From Nemertoderma westbladi (taxonomy: Eukaryota; Animalia; Xenacoelomorpha): DNA of 64,000 nt. Positions 12,770-25,419 of this stretch are shown piece by piece (positions within the stretch are counted from its first letter, which is position 1; each line of letters begins with the position of its first letter). The stretch covers positions 1 to 64,000 of the forward strand of contig JAUCBJ010007043.1 in NCBI GenBank assembly GCA_032718475.1. The letters are read 5' to 3'. Below the pieces are notes generated by a model, which did not search any database, was not told where the DNA came from, and saw only the letters and a list, made by a program, of their open reading frames with translations. The translations under genes were made by a program, and so were the position numbers.

Positions 12770-15700
12770 TTTGATTAAAATACATTTATTGTATCAAAGG
12801 TTAGATTAAAATACATTTATTGTATCAAAGTTAGATTAAAATACATTTATTGTATCAAAGTTAGATTAAAATACATTTATTGTATCAAATGTTAGATTAA
12901 AATACATTTATTGTATCAAATGTTAGATTAAAATACATTTATTGTATCAAAGTTAGATTAAAATACATTTATTGTATCAAAGGTTAGATTAAAATACATT
13001 TATTGTATCAAAGATAGATTAAAATACATTTATTGTATCAAAGTTAGATTAAAATACATTTATTGTATCAAAGGTTAGATTAAAATACATTTATTGTATC
13101 AAAGGTTAGATTAAAATACATTTATTGTATCGAAGTTAGATTAAAATACATTTATTGTATCAAAGGTTAGATTAAAATACATTTATTGTATCAAAGGTCA
13201 GATTAAAATACATTTATTGTATCAAAGTTAGATTAAAATACATTTATTGTATCAAAGGTATAGATTAAAATACATTTATTGTATCAAAGGTATAGATTAA
13301 AATACATTTATTGTATCAAAGTTAGATTAAAATACATTTATTGTATCAAAGTTAGATTAAAATACATTTATTGTATCAAATGTTAGATTAAAATACATTT
13401 ATTGTATCAAAGGTTAGATTAAAATACATTTATTGTATCAAAGTTAGATTAAAATACATTTATTGTATCAAAGTTAGATTAAAATACATTTATTGTATCA
13501 AAGTTAGATTAAAATACATTTATTGTATCAAAGTTAGATTAAAATACATTTATTGTATCAAAGGTTAATACATTTATTGTATCAAAGTTAGATTAAAATA
13601 CATTTATTGTATCAAAGGTTAGATTAAAATACATTTATTGTATCAACGGTTAGATTAAAATAAATTTATTGTATCAAAGTTAGATTAAAATACATTTATT
13701 GTATCAAGGGTTAGATTAAAATACATTTATTGTATCAAAGTTAGATTAAAATACATTTATTGTATCAAAGGTTAGATTAAAATACATTTATTGTATCAAA
13801 GGTCAGATTAAAATACATTTATTGTATCAAAGGTATAGATTAAAATACATTTATTGTATCAAAGTTAGATTAAAATACATTTATTGTATCAAAGTTAGAT
13901 TAAAATACATTTATTGTATCAAATGTTAGATTAAAATACATTTATTGTATCAAAGTTAGATTAAAATACATTTATTGTATCAAAGGTTAGATTAAAATAG
14001 ATTTATTGTATCAAAGGTTAGATTAAAATACATTTATTGTATCAAAGGTTAGATTAAAATACATTTATTGTATCAAAGTTAGATTAAAATACATTTATTG
14101 TATCAAAGGTTAGATTAAAATACATTTATTGTATCAAAGTTAGATTAAAATACATTTATTGTATCAAAGTTAGATTAAAATACATTTATTGTATCAAATG
14201 TTAGATTAAAATACATTTATTGTATCAAAGTTAGATTAAAATACATTTATTGTATCAAAGGTTAGATTAAAATAGATTTATTGTATCAAAGGTTAGATTA
14301 AAATACATTTATTGTATCAAAGGTTAGATTAAAATACATTTATTGTATCAAAGTTAGATTAAAATACATTTATTGTATCAAAGTTAGATTAAAATACATT
14401 TATTGTATCAAATGTTAGATTAAAATACATTTATTGTTTCAAAGTTAGATTAAAATACATTTATTGTATCAAAGGTTAGATTAAAATAGATTTATTGTAT
14501 CAAAGGTATAGATTAAAATACATTTATTGTATCAAAGTTAGATTAAAATACATTTATTGTATCAAATGTTAGATTAAAATACATTTATTGTATCAAAGTT
14601 AGATTAAAATACATTTATTGTATCAAAGGTATAGATTAAAATACATTTATTGTATCAAAGTTAGATTAAAATACATTTATTGTATCAAATGTTAGATTAA
14701 AATACATTTATTGTATCAAAGTTAGATTAAAATACATTTATTGTATCAAAGGTATAGATTAAAATACATTTATTGTATCAAAGTTAGATTAAAATACATT
14801 TATTGTATCAAATGTTAGATTAAAATACATTTATTGTATCAAATGTTAGATTAAAATACATTTATTGTATCAAAGGTTAGATTAAAATACATTTATTGTA
14901 TCAAAGTTAGATTAAAATACATTTATTGTATCAAAGTTAGATTAAAATACATTTATTGTATCAAAGGTTAGATTAAAATACATTTATTGTATCAAAGTTA
15001 GATTAAAATACATGTGTTGTATTAAATGTAGATTAAAATACATTTATTGTATCAAAGTTAAATTAAAATACATTTATTGTATCAAAGGTTAGATTAAAAT
15101 ACATTTATTGTATCAAAGTTAGATTAAAATACATTGATTGTATCAAAGTTAGATTAAAATACATTTATTGTATCAAAGGTTAATACATTTATTGTATCAA
15201 AGTTAGATTAAAATACATTTATTGTATCAAAGGTTAGATTAAAATACATTTATTGTATCAAAGGTTAGATTAAAATACATTTATTGTATCAAAGGTTAGA
15301 TTAAAATACATTTATTGTATCAAAGGTTAGATTAAAATACATTTATTGTATCAAAGTTAGATTAAAATACATGTGTTGTATTAAATGTAGATTAAAATAC
15401 ATTTATTGTATCAAAGTTAAATTAAAATACATTTATTGTATCAAAGGTTAGATTAAAATACATTTATTGTATCAAAGTTAGATTAAAATACATGTGTTGT
15501 ATTAAATGTAGATTAAAATACATTTATTGTATCAAAGTTAAATTAAAATACATTTATTGTATCAAAGGTTAGATTAAAATACATTTATTGTATCAAAGTT
15601 AGATTAAAATACATTGATTGTATCAAAGTTAGATTAAAATACATTTATTGTATCAAAGGTTAATACATTTATTGTATCAAAGTTAGATTAAAATACATTT

Positions 15701-17335
15701 ATTGTATCAAAGGTTAGATTAAAATACATTTATTGTATCAAAGGTTAGATTAAAATACATTTATTGTATCAAAGGTTAGATTAAAATACATTTATTGTAT
15801 CAAAGGTTAGATTAAAATACATTTATTGTATCAAAGGTTAGATTAAAATACATTTATTGTATCAAAGTTAGATTAAAATACATTTATTGTATCAAAGGTT
15901 AGATTAAAATACATTTATTGTATCAAAGGTTAGATTAAAATACATTTATTGTATCAAAGGTTAGATTAAAATACATTTATTGTATCAAAGTTAGATTAAA
16001 ATACATGTGTTGTATTAAATGTAGATTAAAATACATTTATTGTATCAAAGTTAAATTAAAATACATTTATTGTATCAAAGGTTAGATTAAAATACATTTA
16101 TTGTATCAAAGTTAGATTAAAATACATTGATTGTATCAAAGTTAGATTAAAATACATTTATTGTATCAAAGGTTAATACATTTATTGTATCAAAGTTAGA
16201 TTAAAATACATTTATTGTATCAAAGGTTAGATTAAAATACATTTATTGTATCAAAGTTAGATTAAAATACATTTATTGTATCAAAGGTTAGATTAAAATA
16301 CATTTATTGTATCAAAGTTAGATTAAAATACATTTATTGTATCAAAGGTTAGATTAAAATACATTTATTGTATCAAAGTTAGATTAAAATACATTTATTG
16401 TATCAAAGTTAGATTAAAATACATTTATTGTATCAAATATTAGATTAAAATACATTTATTGTATCAAAGTTAGATTAAAATACATTTATTGTATCAAAGG
16501 TTAGATTAAAATAGATTTATTGTATCAAAGGTATAGATTAAAATACATTTATTGTATCAAAGTTAGATTAAAATACATTTATTGTATCAAAGTTAGATTA
16601 AAATACATTTATTGTATCAAAGGTTAGATTAAAATACATTTATTGTATCAAAGGTTAGATTAAAATACATTTATTGTATCAAAGGTTAGATTAAAATACA
16701 TTTATTGTATCAAAGTTAGATTAAAATACAATTATTGTATCAAAGGTTAGATTAAAATACATTTATTGTATCAAAGGTTAGATTAAAATACATTTATTGT
16801 ATCAAAGTTAGATTAAATATACATTTATTGTATCAAAGGTTAGATTAAAATACATTTATTGAATCAAAGGTTAGATTAAAATACATTTATTGTATCAAAG
16901 GTTAGATTAAAATACATTTATTGAATCAAAGGTTAGATTAAAATACATTTATTGTATCAAAGTTAGATTAAAATACATTTATTGTATCAAAGTTAGATTA
17001 AAATACATTTATTGTATCAAAGTTAGATTAAATATACATTTATTGTATCAAAGGTTAGATTAAAATACATTTATTGTATCAAAGTTAGATTAAAATACAT
17101 TTATTGTATCAAAGGATAGATTAAAATACTTTTATTGTATCAAAGGTCAGATTAAAATACATTTATTGTATCAAAGGTTAGATTAAAATACATTTATTGT
17201 ATCAAAGTTAGATTAAAATACATTTATTGTATCAAAGGTTAGATTAAAATACATTTATTGTATCAAAGTTAGATTAAAATACATTTATTGTATCAAAGGT
17301 TAGATTAAAATACATTTATTGTATCAAAGTTCGAT
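12770..17335. repeat. AT-rich 30-31-bp satellite (TTAGATTAAAATACATTTATTGTATCAAAG[G]), about 150 copies
   Basis: Directly visible. Variant units such as CATGTGTTGTATTAAATG recur in blocks at 15011, 15370, 15491 and 16004. Confidence 0.98.
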
Positions 17336-17942
17336 GAAAATAAATAAACGTGTCGTAATTCAAGTAAAACCCAAAAACTAAAATGTTACGAACTTCAAAA
17401 AAATCGGCAATGAAGTCACCCCAAAAATAACTTGCTTGCTTTTGCTTACGAGCGAGCGCAGCGAGGGAAGTTTACTTAAATATAGGACCATACAAGAGTC
17501 ATAAACTCTGTAGTGCCGTTTTTATAATAATTGTAATTTTGTTACTATGTCAACTAGTTGGCGTTCTGTACTTATATATTTATGAATATTGATGATATTC
17601 ATCCATTTTATGCAATTAAATGCAGTTGATGTAGTTTAGTTACTGTGTACTGTAGATCATCTTCACTTACTGTACTTAGTATACAATATAGTCCAGTCAA
17701 AATAGGACTCAACATCATCGGACAAATTACAATATAATTTAATTTAATGTTTTCTAGGTCCCATTTTCTGCTCATCAACATACAACATATATCCAATATC
17801 GGCCCAAATCTGGTTGTTGGAACGAATTCAAAAGACCATGTCACCATGGCAACTGGAATGGAAGTCATATATATCACCCTTTTCCTATAATCCTACGTAA
17901 TTCTAACCTTGACGCTCGACCTACCCCACCCCAGTAACTACA

Positions 17943-20785
17943 ATGAAAACCGGAGCGGGTTCCCCGACTACGACGAGAACCGGAGCGTTTTCTCCGACTA
18001 CGACGAGAACCGTAACGGGTTCCCTGATTACGGCGAGTACTGGAACGGGTTCCCCGACTACGACGAGAACTGGAGTGGGTTCCCCGACTACGGCGAGTAC
18101 TGGGACGGGTTCCCCGACTACGACGAGACCCGGAACGGGTAACGCGGCGATGGACAAAACCAGAGCCACCAGCAGCTGTGACTCCACAAGGACAATGGGG
18201 CATGCGAGGTTTGATACTGGTTTTAGTATTAATGATAATTATTATAACTGTGTTTTGAACACTGATATAACTTGTCCTTCCGTAGCTATTGTAGAACCCA
18301 ATCACATTGAAACTAACTCTCCACTTACTGAGACACCACATGCACATGAAACCACACTACCGGTACTGCCACCCACAAAGATCAACCATCCCGAGTCCCC
18401 ACTAATCAGTGTACCAATCCATTCAAAACAACCTTTCTTACCACACCCCGTCGCCATCACTGTGACTGCCAATGACATCACTGACACAATTTACCCCATA
18501 GTTAACGTGACAGATGTAGCATTATCCAACAACATAAATACCAGTCACAACCAGGGACAAGATACGAACTGCCCTAACCAAGGGGAATTTGTACCAGTGT
18601 TCCACGACGAAATAAAGGGTTTTAATGAAGAAGCAACGGCCCAACCTGGAACACGCGGGTTAGTCTTACTTAAGCCCAGCGATCCCGACTGGGACTACTT
18701 CGACGACGAAAGTAATCTATCAACTCTGATCATCGACTCGTTTCTCTCGATCCTGGGACGACAGATCAACACCATTGGTTGTATAGACTCGGCACTTTGT
18801 CAAAAATTTCGCCAAACATCGTTTGACACTGCAAGTGCTATAACATACATCACAAATACATGCAACCCAACCACTACGCCCTTGATGTTTTTTCCAGACT
18901 GCCGAAGAAAACACTTCATATTGCATGTTGCTAATTTAGCTGAGAAAAAGGTATACTCTCTAAGTAGCCTAGGGAGGGTGAGATCCGATCACATAATCAC
19001 ACAATCTATCTGCAATTTACTAAACATCATAAACATGGTGCGCGGCACTCCTGAAGACTGGAAGGTAGATAAAAACCATAAACGACCATTCCCAGGTCAA
19101 AACAATGGACATGACTGGGGTGGTTTTGTATGCATTTACTCATTAGCTCTTGCTACTGGGAGCAGAGTCATACGTCCAGAATACTCTAACTCTACCCAAC
19201 TGCGTAAGTGGTTAGAGAAATGCATCTCCCAAGTTAAAATTGATACACTCCCAGTGAACCCAGTTTCACAAACAACACTGATAGCACCACCGACCACGTC
19301 TTCTCGATTCGACAATGCACACAAAAACATAGACGAGGTATGGGATTATGGCCTCCTGCAAGAGCCGCGAAAAGTCGCCATCCATAAAATATCACTTAAA
19401 CCACAAGACACAAACATCTCAACTCGCAAAAAGCTAATGGACGAGGTAATGAAATTAATGTCCCCAGTTCAGAGCTTAACATGGCAATTGAGACCACGCC
19501 TATCAGAACACGAACTAGCTGTCGATATTCTAAAACTGCTTCGATGCAAAAGTGAGAAAACATTCACAGAGTCGTGCAAAAAGAGACTACGTAGAGCAGA
19601 GCAGGCACCAGAAAGTGAAATAACTATCACAGGCCTACGGAACGACCTTGTATCTAGCCTATCTGTCATACAAACACGGATATGCATCCTTGAAAACGAT
19701 GTCGCTACCCTAAAGCAGCAGAACCGTAATCTCCAGGAGGAGCTAAACCTACAGCGAGACATTAGAACTGTCCTGCAACATCGAGTGGAGACAACTCCCC
19801 CCACAATGGAAAAATGCAGCCATCGAAATACAATCAAGAATCAAGTACCTAACAAACCCAAAACAACCTCCTCCCTCAGTAACATCTCATCTCAAGCTAT
19901 CGAGCCAACCCAGGAGAAACAAACCAACATATGTGCCACCAACAATAGATGGCGGGAAGCCAAAACCCCAGAGCCACTTCTATTACCGACGGTAACTGAC
20001 TCTGAAGGAGAATTTGTAACACTGGATGAGTGTTCGCCAGCCTCTTCTGACAGCATCAACTCCTCCCAAACCACAACTTGGACTAATCCAAGATCAAAAC
20101 CGAGAAAACCACTCAACAGGCCGTATAATGATTACAACAAAAACCATACTATAAAGACATCTAACATGTACATACCTCTCCTGGATGCACCAGAGAGACC
20201 GGGATATAGCGAGCCAGCACCCTGCCACCCAAAACCCAAAGAGCACATAGCTGATACCACATCACTGCACTCCCACCACACTCCATTAAATCAATTTCAA
20301 AAAAATACTACAACAAGCCAATAAGGAACACACTTAGAGGAGCTATGTCAACCAAACGGGAACGCCAACCCATGCCACACAATCCAAATACGACACAAAG
20401 GTACACCAAGTACACCACCAACGCAAAACACCCAAATAACTCATACTCTGTACTTTATATCGACGGTGTGAACATCGCCAATTCAGAGGAGGAAGTCATC
20501 GACTATCTGCAATCCAAGCAAATCACAATCCACCGTATCACCACCCGAATCAATAGACACAGAAACTCAAAAAACATGAAAATTTCCTTGGATTCTAATG
20601 CCGCGGACTTCGTGACTGGGACTAACTTCTGGCCAGAAGGAATTACATGTCGGTACTGGGTGTACAAAGAAGGACACAGATATAACAAGCAGCTAAGCTA
20701 CAACCAGCCGGTGACCTCAGTGATCAGGCCAACTGACCACCACACCCACCCACGACAGAGGCCCACCAGCAGACAGTATGTTTAA
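17943..20785 (+). pseudogene. LINE ORF1 in two frames: 30-bp repeats, Ulp1/SENP-like (C48) protease domain, coiled coil, RRM-like C-terminus
   Basis: 17943-20324 and 20345-20785 are in different frames. Ulp1-like motifs IIDSFL / FFPDCRRKHFIL / YSLSSL / PGQNNGHDWGGFVC lie at about 18690-19230. Confidence 0.7.
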
Positions 20786-23700
20786 CCCCAACATACCCAC
20801 GGAGAGCCAACAGGAATTGCCCCAACCAATGCACAATAAACCACCAGAATCTTCTATTAAACTGCAAACCAGTAGCAAATTGTCAAACTCAAACTCTATT
20901 AGGATGGCCACATTAAACACCAGGGGATTTTCTTCAAACACTTACTACATACAGCAACTTCTCAACTCTTGTGATATTGTCTGTCGCCATACAGGAACAC
21001 TGGCTTGATGATATCGAGTGCAGGACTACTCTACGACCATTGGACGGTCGCTTCCACTGCGTAAGTATAACTAATGAACTTATGAGCAACCCCATCAGAT
21101 GTAGAGGAGCCAGTGGATCCGCTTTATACATTAAAAAGAGAATCCTGAAATCCGAGCCAGTAAAAATTACTTCAGGAGATGAAACTGTTGGAGTACTGGC
21201 TCAGCTGGTAGGTAGCAACTCATACTACCTCATACTGTCTTCCTACGCCCCAGATTCCGGTAAAGAGATATACTTATATCATGAGTTCCTTGGACGCCTC
21301 CGAGCCCTTATTAACTTGTATCCTATGGCAACCCCAATCACCCTCGCTGACTTCAATGCAGATCTAGGCGATCTACAAGGACCCAGAACAAGTCAACATG
21401 GATGCTCCGAAAGGGGCCACCTCCTCAATAACTTTTTACGTACAAACAGCTTAGTGGCAGCTGACACTCATGCACCCTTCCAAGGACCATGTGTAACATT
21501 TAAAGGGGCACACGGCGAATCTTACCTCGATCACATAGTCACCTCCAGTAACTGTCTAAACTCTTCCACCAATGGCCGGGTATACGAGCACCACCCTTCC
21601 AACAACCTATCCGATCACACACCTATCACTGCCCATTTCAAGATATGCCAACCTATAACCAACCCAACAGAAAACCCACACAAGAAGGTACGGCAACATA
21701 AATTTGCTTGGAACAGAGCAACAACCGCGCAACGGGACTTATACAAATCAGCTGTGGGTGAAGGATTATCAGTACTTCAAAAAGATCTTAATCACCTTCT
21801 AGAGTGTAGCTCCCCCAAGTCAGAACTCGATAATATTTGCGATACCATTCAATCCGTTATCATGGCTGCAGCTATACTCCACATACCCACGATTAAGGTG
21901 AACAAGAAGACAAAGAACATCAGAATACGCTCACAGTTACTTGACCAACGTAGTAAAACAACTAAGGACCTTTACAAAATTTGGGTATCACATGGGAAGG
22001 ATGACAATCACCCGTCCGGTGAATCTTTTAAAGAATCTAAGCGGTCCACTAGACGCCTCAGAAACTTCCTCCACTCAAACCTTGTTGCGAACACCGCCCG
22101 CCGCTGGTGCTCTAAACGAACATTGAACCCACAGTATTTCTGGAGCAACATTAATCGAAAAGACAATCAGCCCCTCACCCCGGAAATGCAATCAATTATT
22201 CGCAAACACAATGAGGAAAAGTTTAGTTCAACCACAACGAAAGATGCAGCCAAACTCCAAAACATCCATGATATTCTAGAACAGCAGTGCAGATCATCTA
22301 TTCCACCAACCATAACCCCCCTTGCAGTTAAACGGGCGATATCTTCACTCTCCAGGGGCAAGGCCCCTGACTATGTATCTATGACAGTTGAACACCTCCT
22401 ATCCCTTAATCCTGATCTAATTTCTGACACACTTGCTCGACTCATCAACTGCTGTCTCACTCTCAAACAGGTCCCCTCTACATTTGGTCATACAGTGATA
22501 TCAAGTATCTACAAAGGAAAGGGTCGCTCTACCCTAGAACCTACATCATACAGGCCCGTCTAATCCATCAGCCTACTTGCCAAGGTGCTCAAACATATCC
22601 TTCTATCTGACTATCTAAACAACTTGACCTCACATGGGAACCAAACTGCCTACAAGAAAAAACACAGCACTGACATAGTAGTCGCTACAATACTGGAAAC
22701 GGTGGAACAAAACACATCGAAAGGATCGCCAGTATACGTTTGCCAACTTGACATTGAGGCTGCTTTCGATAACGTTGACCACACTATCTTAGTAGAAAAG
22801 ATGCTGAACAACAATGTTAATCCTTACATTATTTGCCTTATCTTAGCTTACTTTGGATCGAGCAAAATCTTCCTCAAATTCGGCGATCTAGTCAACCCAA
22901 CTCCAATAAAAGTCTCGCGGGGATTGAAACAGGGATCACTCATTTCACCTATCCTCTACAATCTTTACACCTCCAACATCTTAAGCAGAATAGAACATAG
23001 TAACCTCGGATGCCGAATTGACACATCCTGGCTTGGTACAGTGGCCTATGCTGACGATTACCTACTCCTGGGAACCTCGCTTAAATCCGTCGAGAAGATG
23101 TGCGACATACTCATACAGGAAGCTGCACAGGTATCCCTCCAAATCGACATGAAGAAAACAAAATGGACAATCCTAAACCGTAACTATATGACCCACAAGG
23201 AATGTTTCATTACAGTCAACGGATCACTAATCCAAATGTCGGACCATCTGAAATTCCTCGGACACAAACTGGGAAATTCTAACCCCGCTAGCAACCTCCA
23301 CGATGTTATCCAGACAATAGCCATGATGTCGCAAGTTTTCCATACCAAAGGATGGACAGCAAGGTGGCTCAACCTAGAAACCATCTTTAAGATGTGGAAC
23401 ACACTCGCCGTCCCTGTCATAATCTACAGATTAACTCTGACTATTGGATCCCTACGCCGAAAGGATATCGACAAACTCGACGCCTACCACCGCAAGGTGC
23501 AACGTGGCCTCTTACTTCTTGGGAACTATTTGGAGAATAATACACTCTATCTACTCTCAGGGACCCCACCATTATCGATCATTGCCTATCGGAGTTGCTA
23601 TAGAACCTTAGTTAGAACACTTGATTGCCCCAGTCTCGAGCTACAGTTACCTTTCCGCATTGCCTCACAACTCAACATGGGTAACTCCCACTTACGTAAG

Positions 23701-23931
23701 GGAATTTCAAGTGGATATCACAGAGCACTGGCCACATACCCCCTGCCACAGCTACGTTCAATTATAAACTTCAAATACAGAACTACATCCATCACTGAAC
23801 GTATCTGCACTGCCAGCCCCTCACAAAATGATTTCCATAATGCAAACTTCATACAGAACTGCTTCCGACTACAAAACACTAACATCAAACAAAAACGCGC
23901 CCGTATCATGGAATTCTATAATGTCAAATGA
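20778..23931 (+). pseudogene. LINE ORF2 (APE endonuclease + reverse transcriptase) with one frameshift and one in-frame stop
   Basis: CDIV and IQEHWL are split across frames near 20983. TAA at 22561-22563 lies between YRPV and SISLLAKV. Confidence 0.9.
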
Positions 23932-24177
23932 AAATGACATGTCACACATCACCACCCACCTACTACCATGGCTCGCCCCACCAACTTTCGTGTACTCAGA
24001 TTCTAACAGCTACCCTAGTCCATATATATTGCTATGTTATTAACTGATATCTGTGCTTTGTTTCCTTTTTATTAGAAGCCTACTTACCCTTGTACAATTG
24101 TGCAATTTTACTATATCAAGTTAATTGATTAAAACAAATGAAATGAAATGAAACTATCGGAGAATCCGATGGCTTGA

Positions 24178-24862
24178 CATACTATAGATACGAACCGCCA
24201 AACCGCTATAAAGCTTTCTAAATTCAGTGGGCCAGTTATTTCTCTTAGATAGAATCCCTGAAACAATATGTCAAGCACGTCGAAAGAACTCACCCCGAAC
24301 TAAATTTATGTCCTCTTTCAGATGAGGCAAATAAAAATTAAATAGCTCCAGTAGTTTTCGAGATATGAGGAGTTTCTGCCACCCATTTGAACATCTTACT
24401 CGAAATACACCACCCTTCAAAGACTTTAGGATAACCAAACCATATTATTATTTTTTTCGGTGTGTTTGAATTCATTATTGACAATCGATAACGTGAGATT
24501 AAGTCAAAACATAGTTTTTTAATAGACACAAAATTATTAGTAATAATGAATTCAACACACCGAAAAAATAATAATATGGTTTAGTTAGGCCTATACCAAC
24601 GTCTTTTAAGGGTGGTGTATTTCGGGTAATCTTTTTTTTAATTCCGATAGGTGCTGAAATAGGTGCCAGGAACTTATCATATCTCGAAAACTAGAGCTAT
24701 TAAAATTTTATTTGCCTCATCTGAAAGAAGACACCATTTTAGTTAGGGCCAAGTACATTCGACGCGCTAGACATATTGTTTCATGGGTTCTATCTAAGAG
24801 AAATAACTGGCCCACTAAATTTTGGGGCTTTGCAGCAGCTTGGAGGGTCGTATCTATAGTAG
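24178..24862. mobile_element. Foldback/MITE-like long imperfect palindrome (arms about 330 bp)
   Basis: Left arm TACTATAGATACGA...GTGGGCCAGTTATTTCTCTTAGATAGAA...TTCGGTGTGTTTGAATTCATTATT is the reverse complement of right arm AATAATGAATTCAACACACCGAA...TTCTATCTAAGAGAAATAACTGGCCCAC...TCGTATCTATAGTA. Confidence 0.85.
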
Positions 24863-25419
24863 GTAATGCCGATGGGCATGGGCCACTTTCTGAATCCCGG
24901 TTACCATGGAAACTATGAGAAATACTTCGTCAAATTTAGCTGCACTGTCAATTTCAGTTAATATTCGAAACCTATCCGAATAACGTGTTCCCCAGGTTGC
25001 AAAATAATGAAACACATTGGAAATATATTGTCAATTTTATAAACTTAATTATTTTTTAGTAGTCGAACGATTGAAATGGAATAATTCACTCACATGTAAC
25101 CTACTTAATAAGAAAATAAAATGGTATGCCTGGTACCCTAGTCATTTTGATGTCCACCCTCCACCGTGCCTCATATACGGCGGCTGAATCAGTAAAACTA
25201 GAAATGTCAGCCTTAATAATGACCAAGATTAGCGTATCATTTTGATCAGAAAAATATAAATTTCCCAGGCTATATAATTTGGACACCAGAACAACAGGAC
25301 GAGCACAACAACGGCTTTTAAATGATACGAGTACTGAAAGGGACAAAGTTATATCAAGTGAAAATTAAGCAACTAATGATATCGTTTATATCTATTATAT
25401 ATTTTATTATGAAACTATA

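Larger units (their letters stand above)
17943..24153 (+). mobile_element. Near full-length non-LTR retrotransposon (ORF1 + APE-RT ORF2; RTE-X/L2-like, clade uncertain), mildly degraded
   Basis: ORF1 with a coiled coil and a C-terminal FWPEGITCRYW domain. ORF2 has APE motifs (TLNTRG, QEHW, ADFNA, YLDHI, SDH) and RT motifs (LDIEAAFDNV, GLKQGSLISP, YADD). (TGAAA)n tail at about 24137-24153. The 5' boundary is not resolved. Confidence 0.9.
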
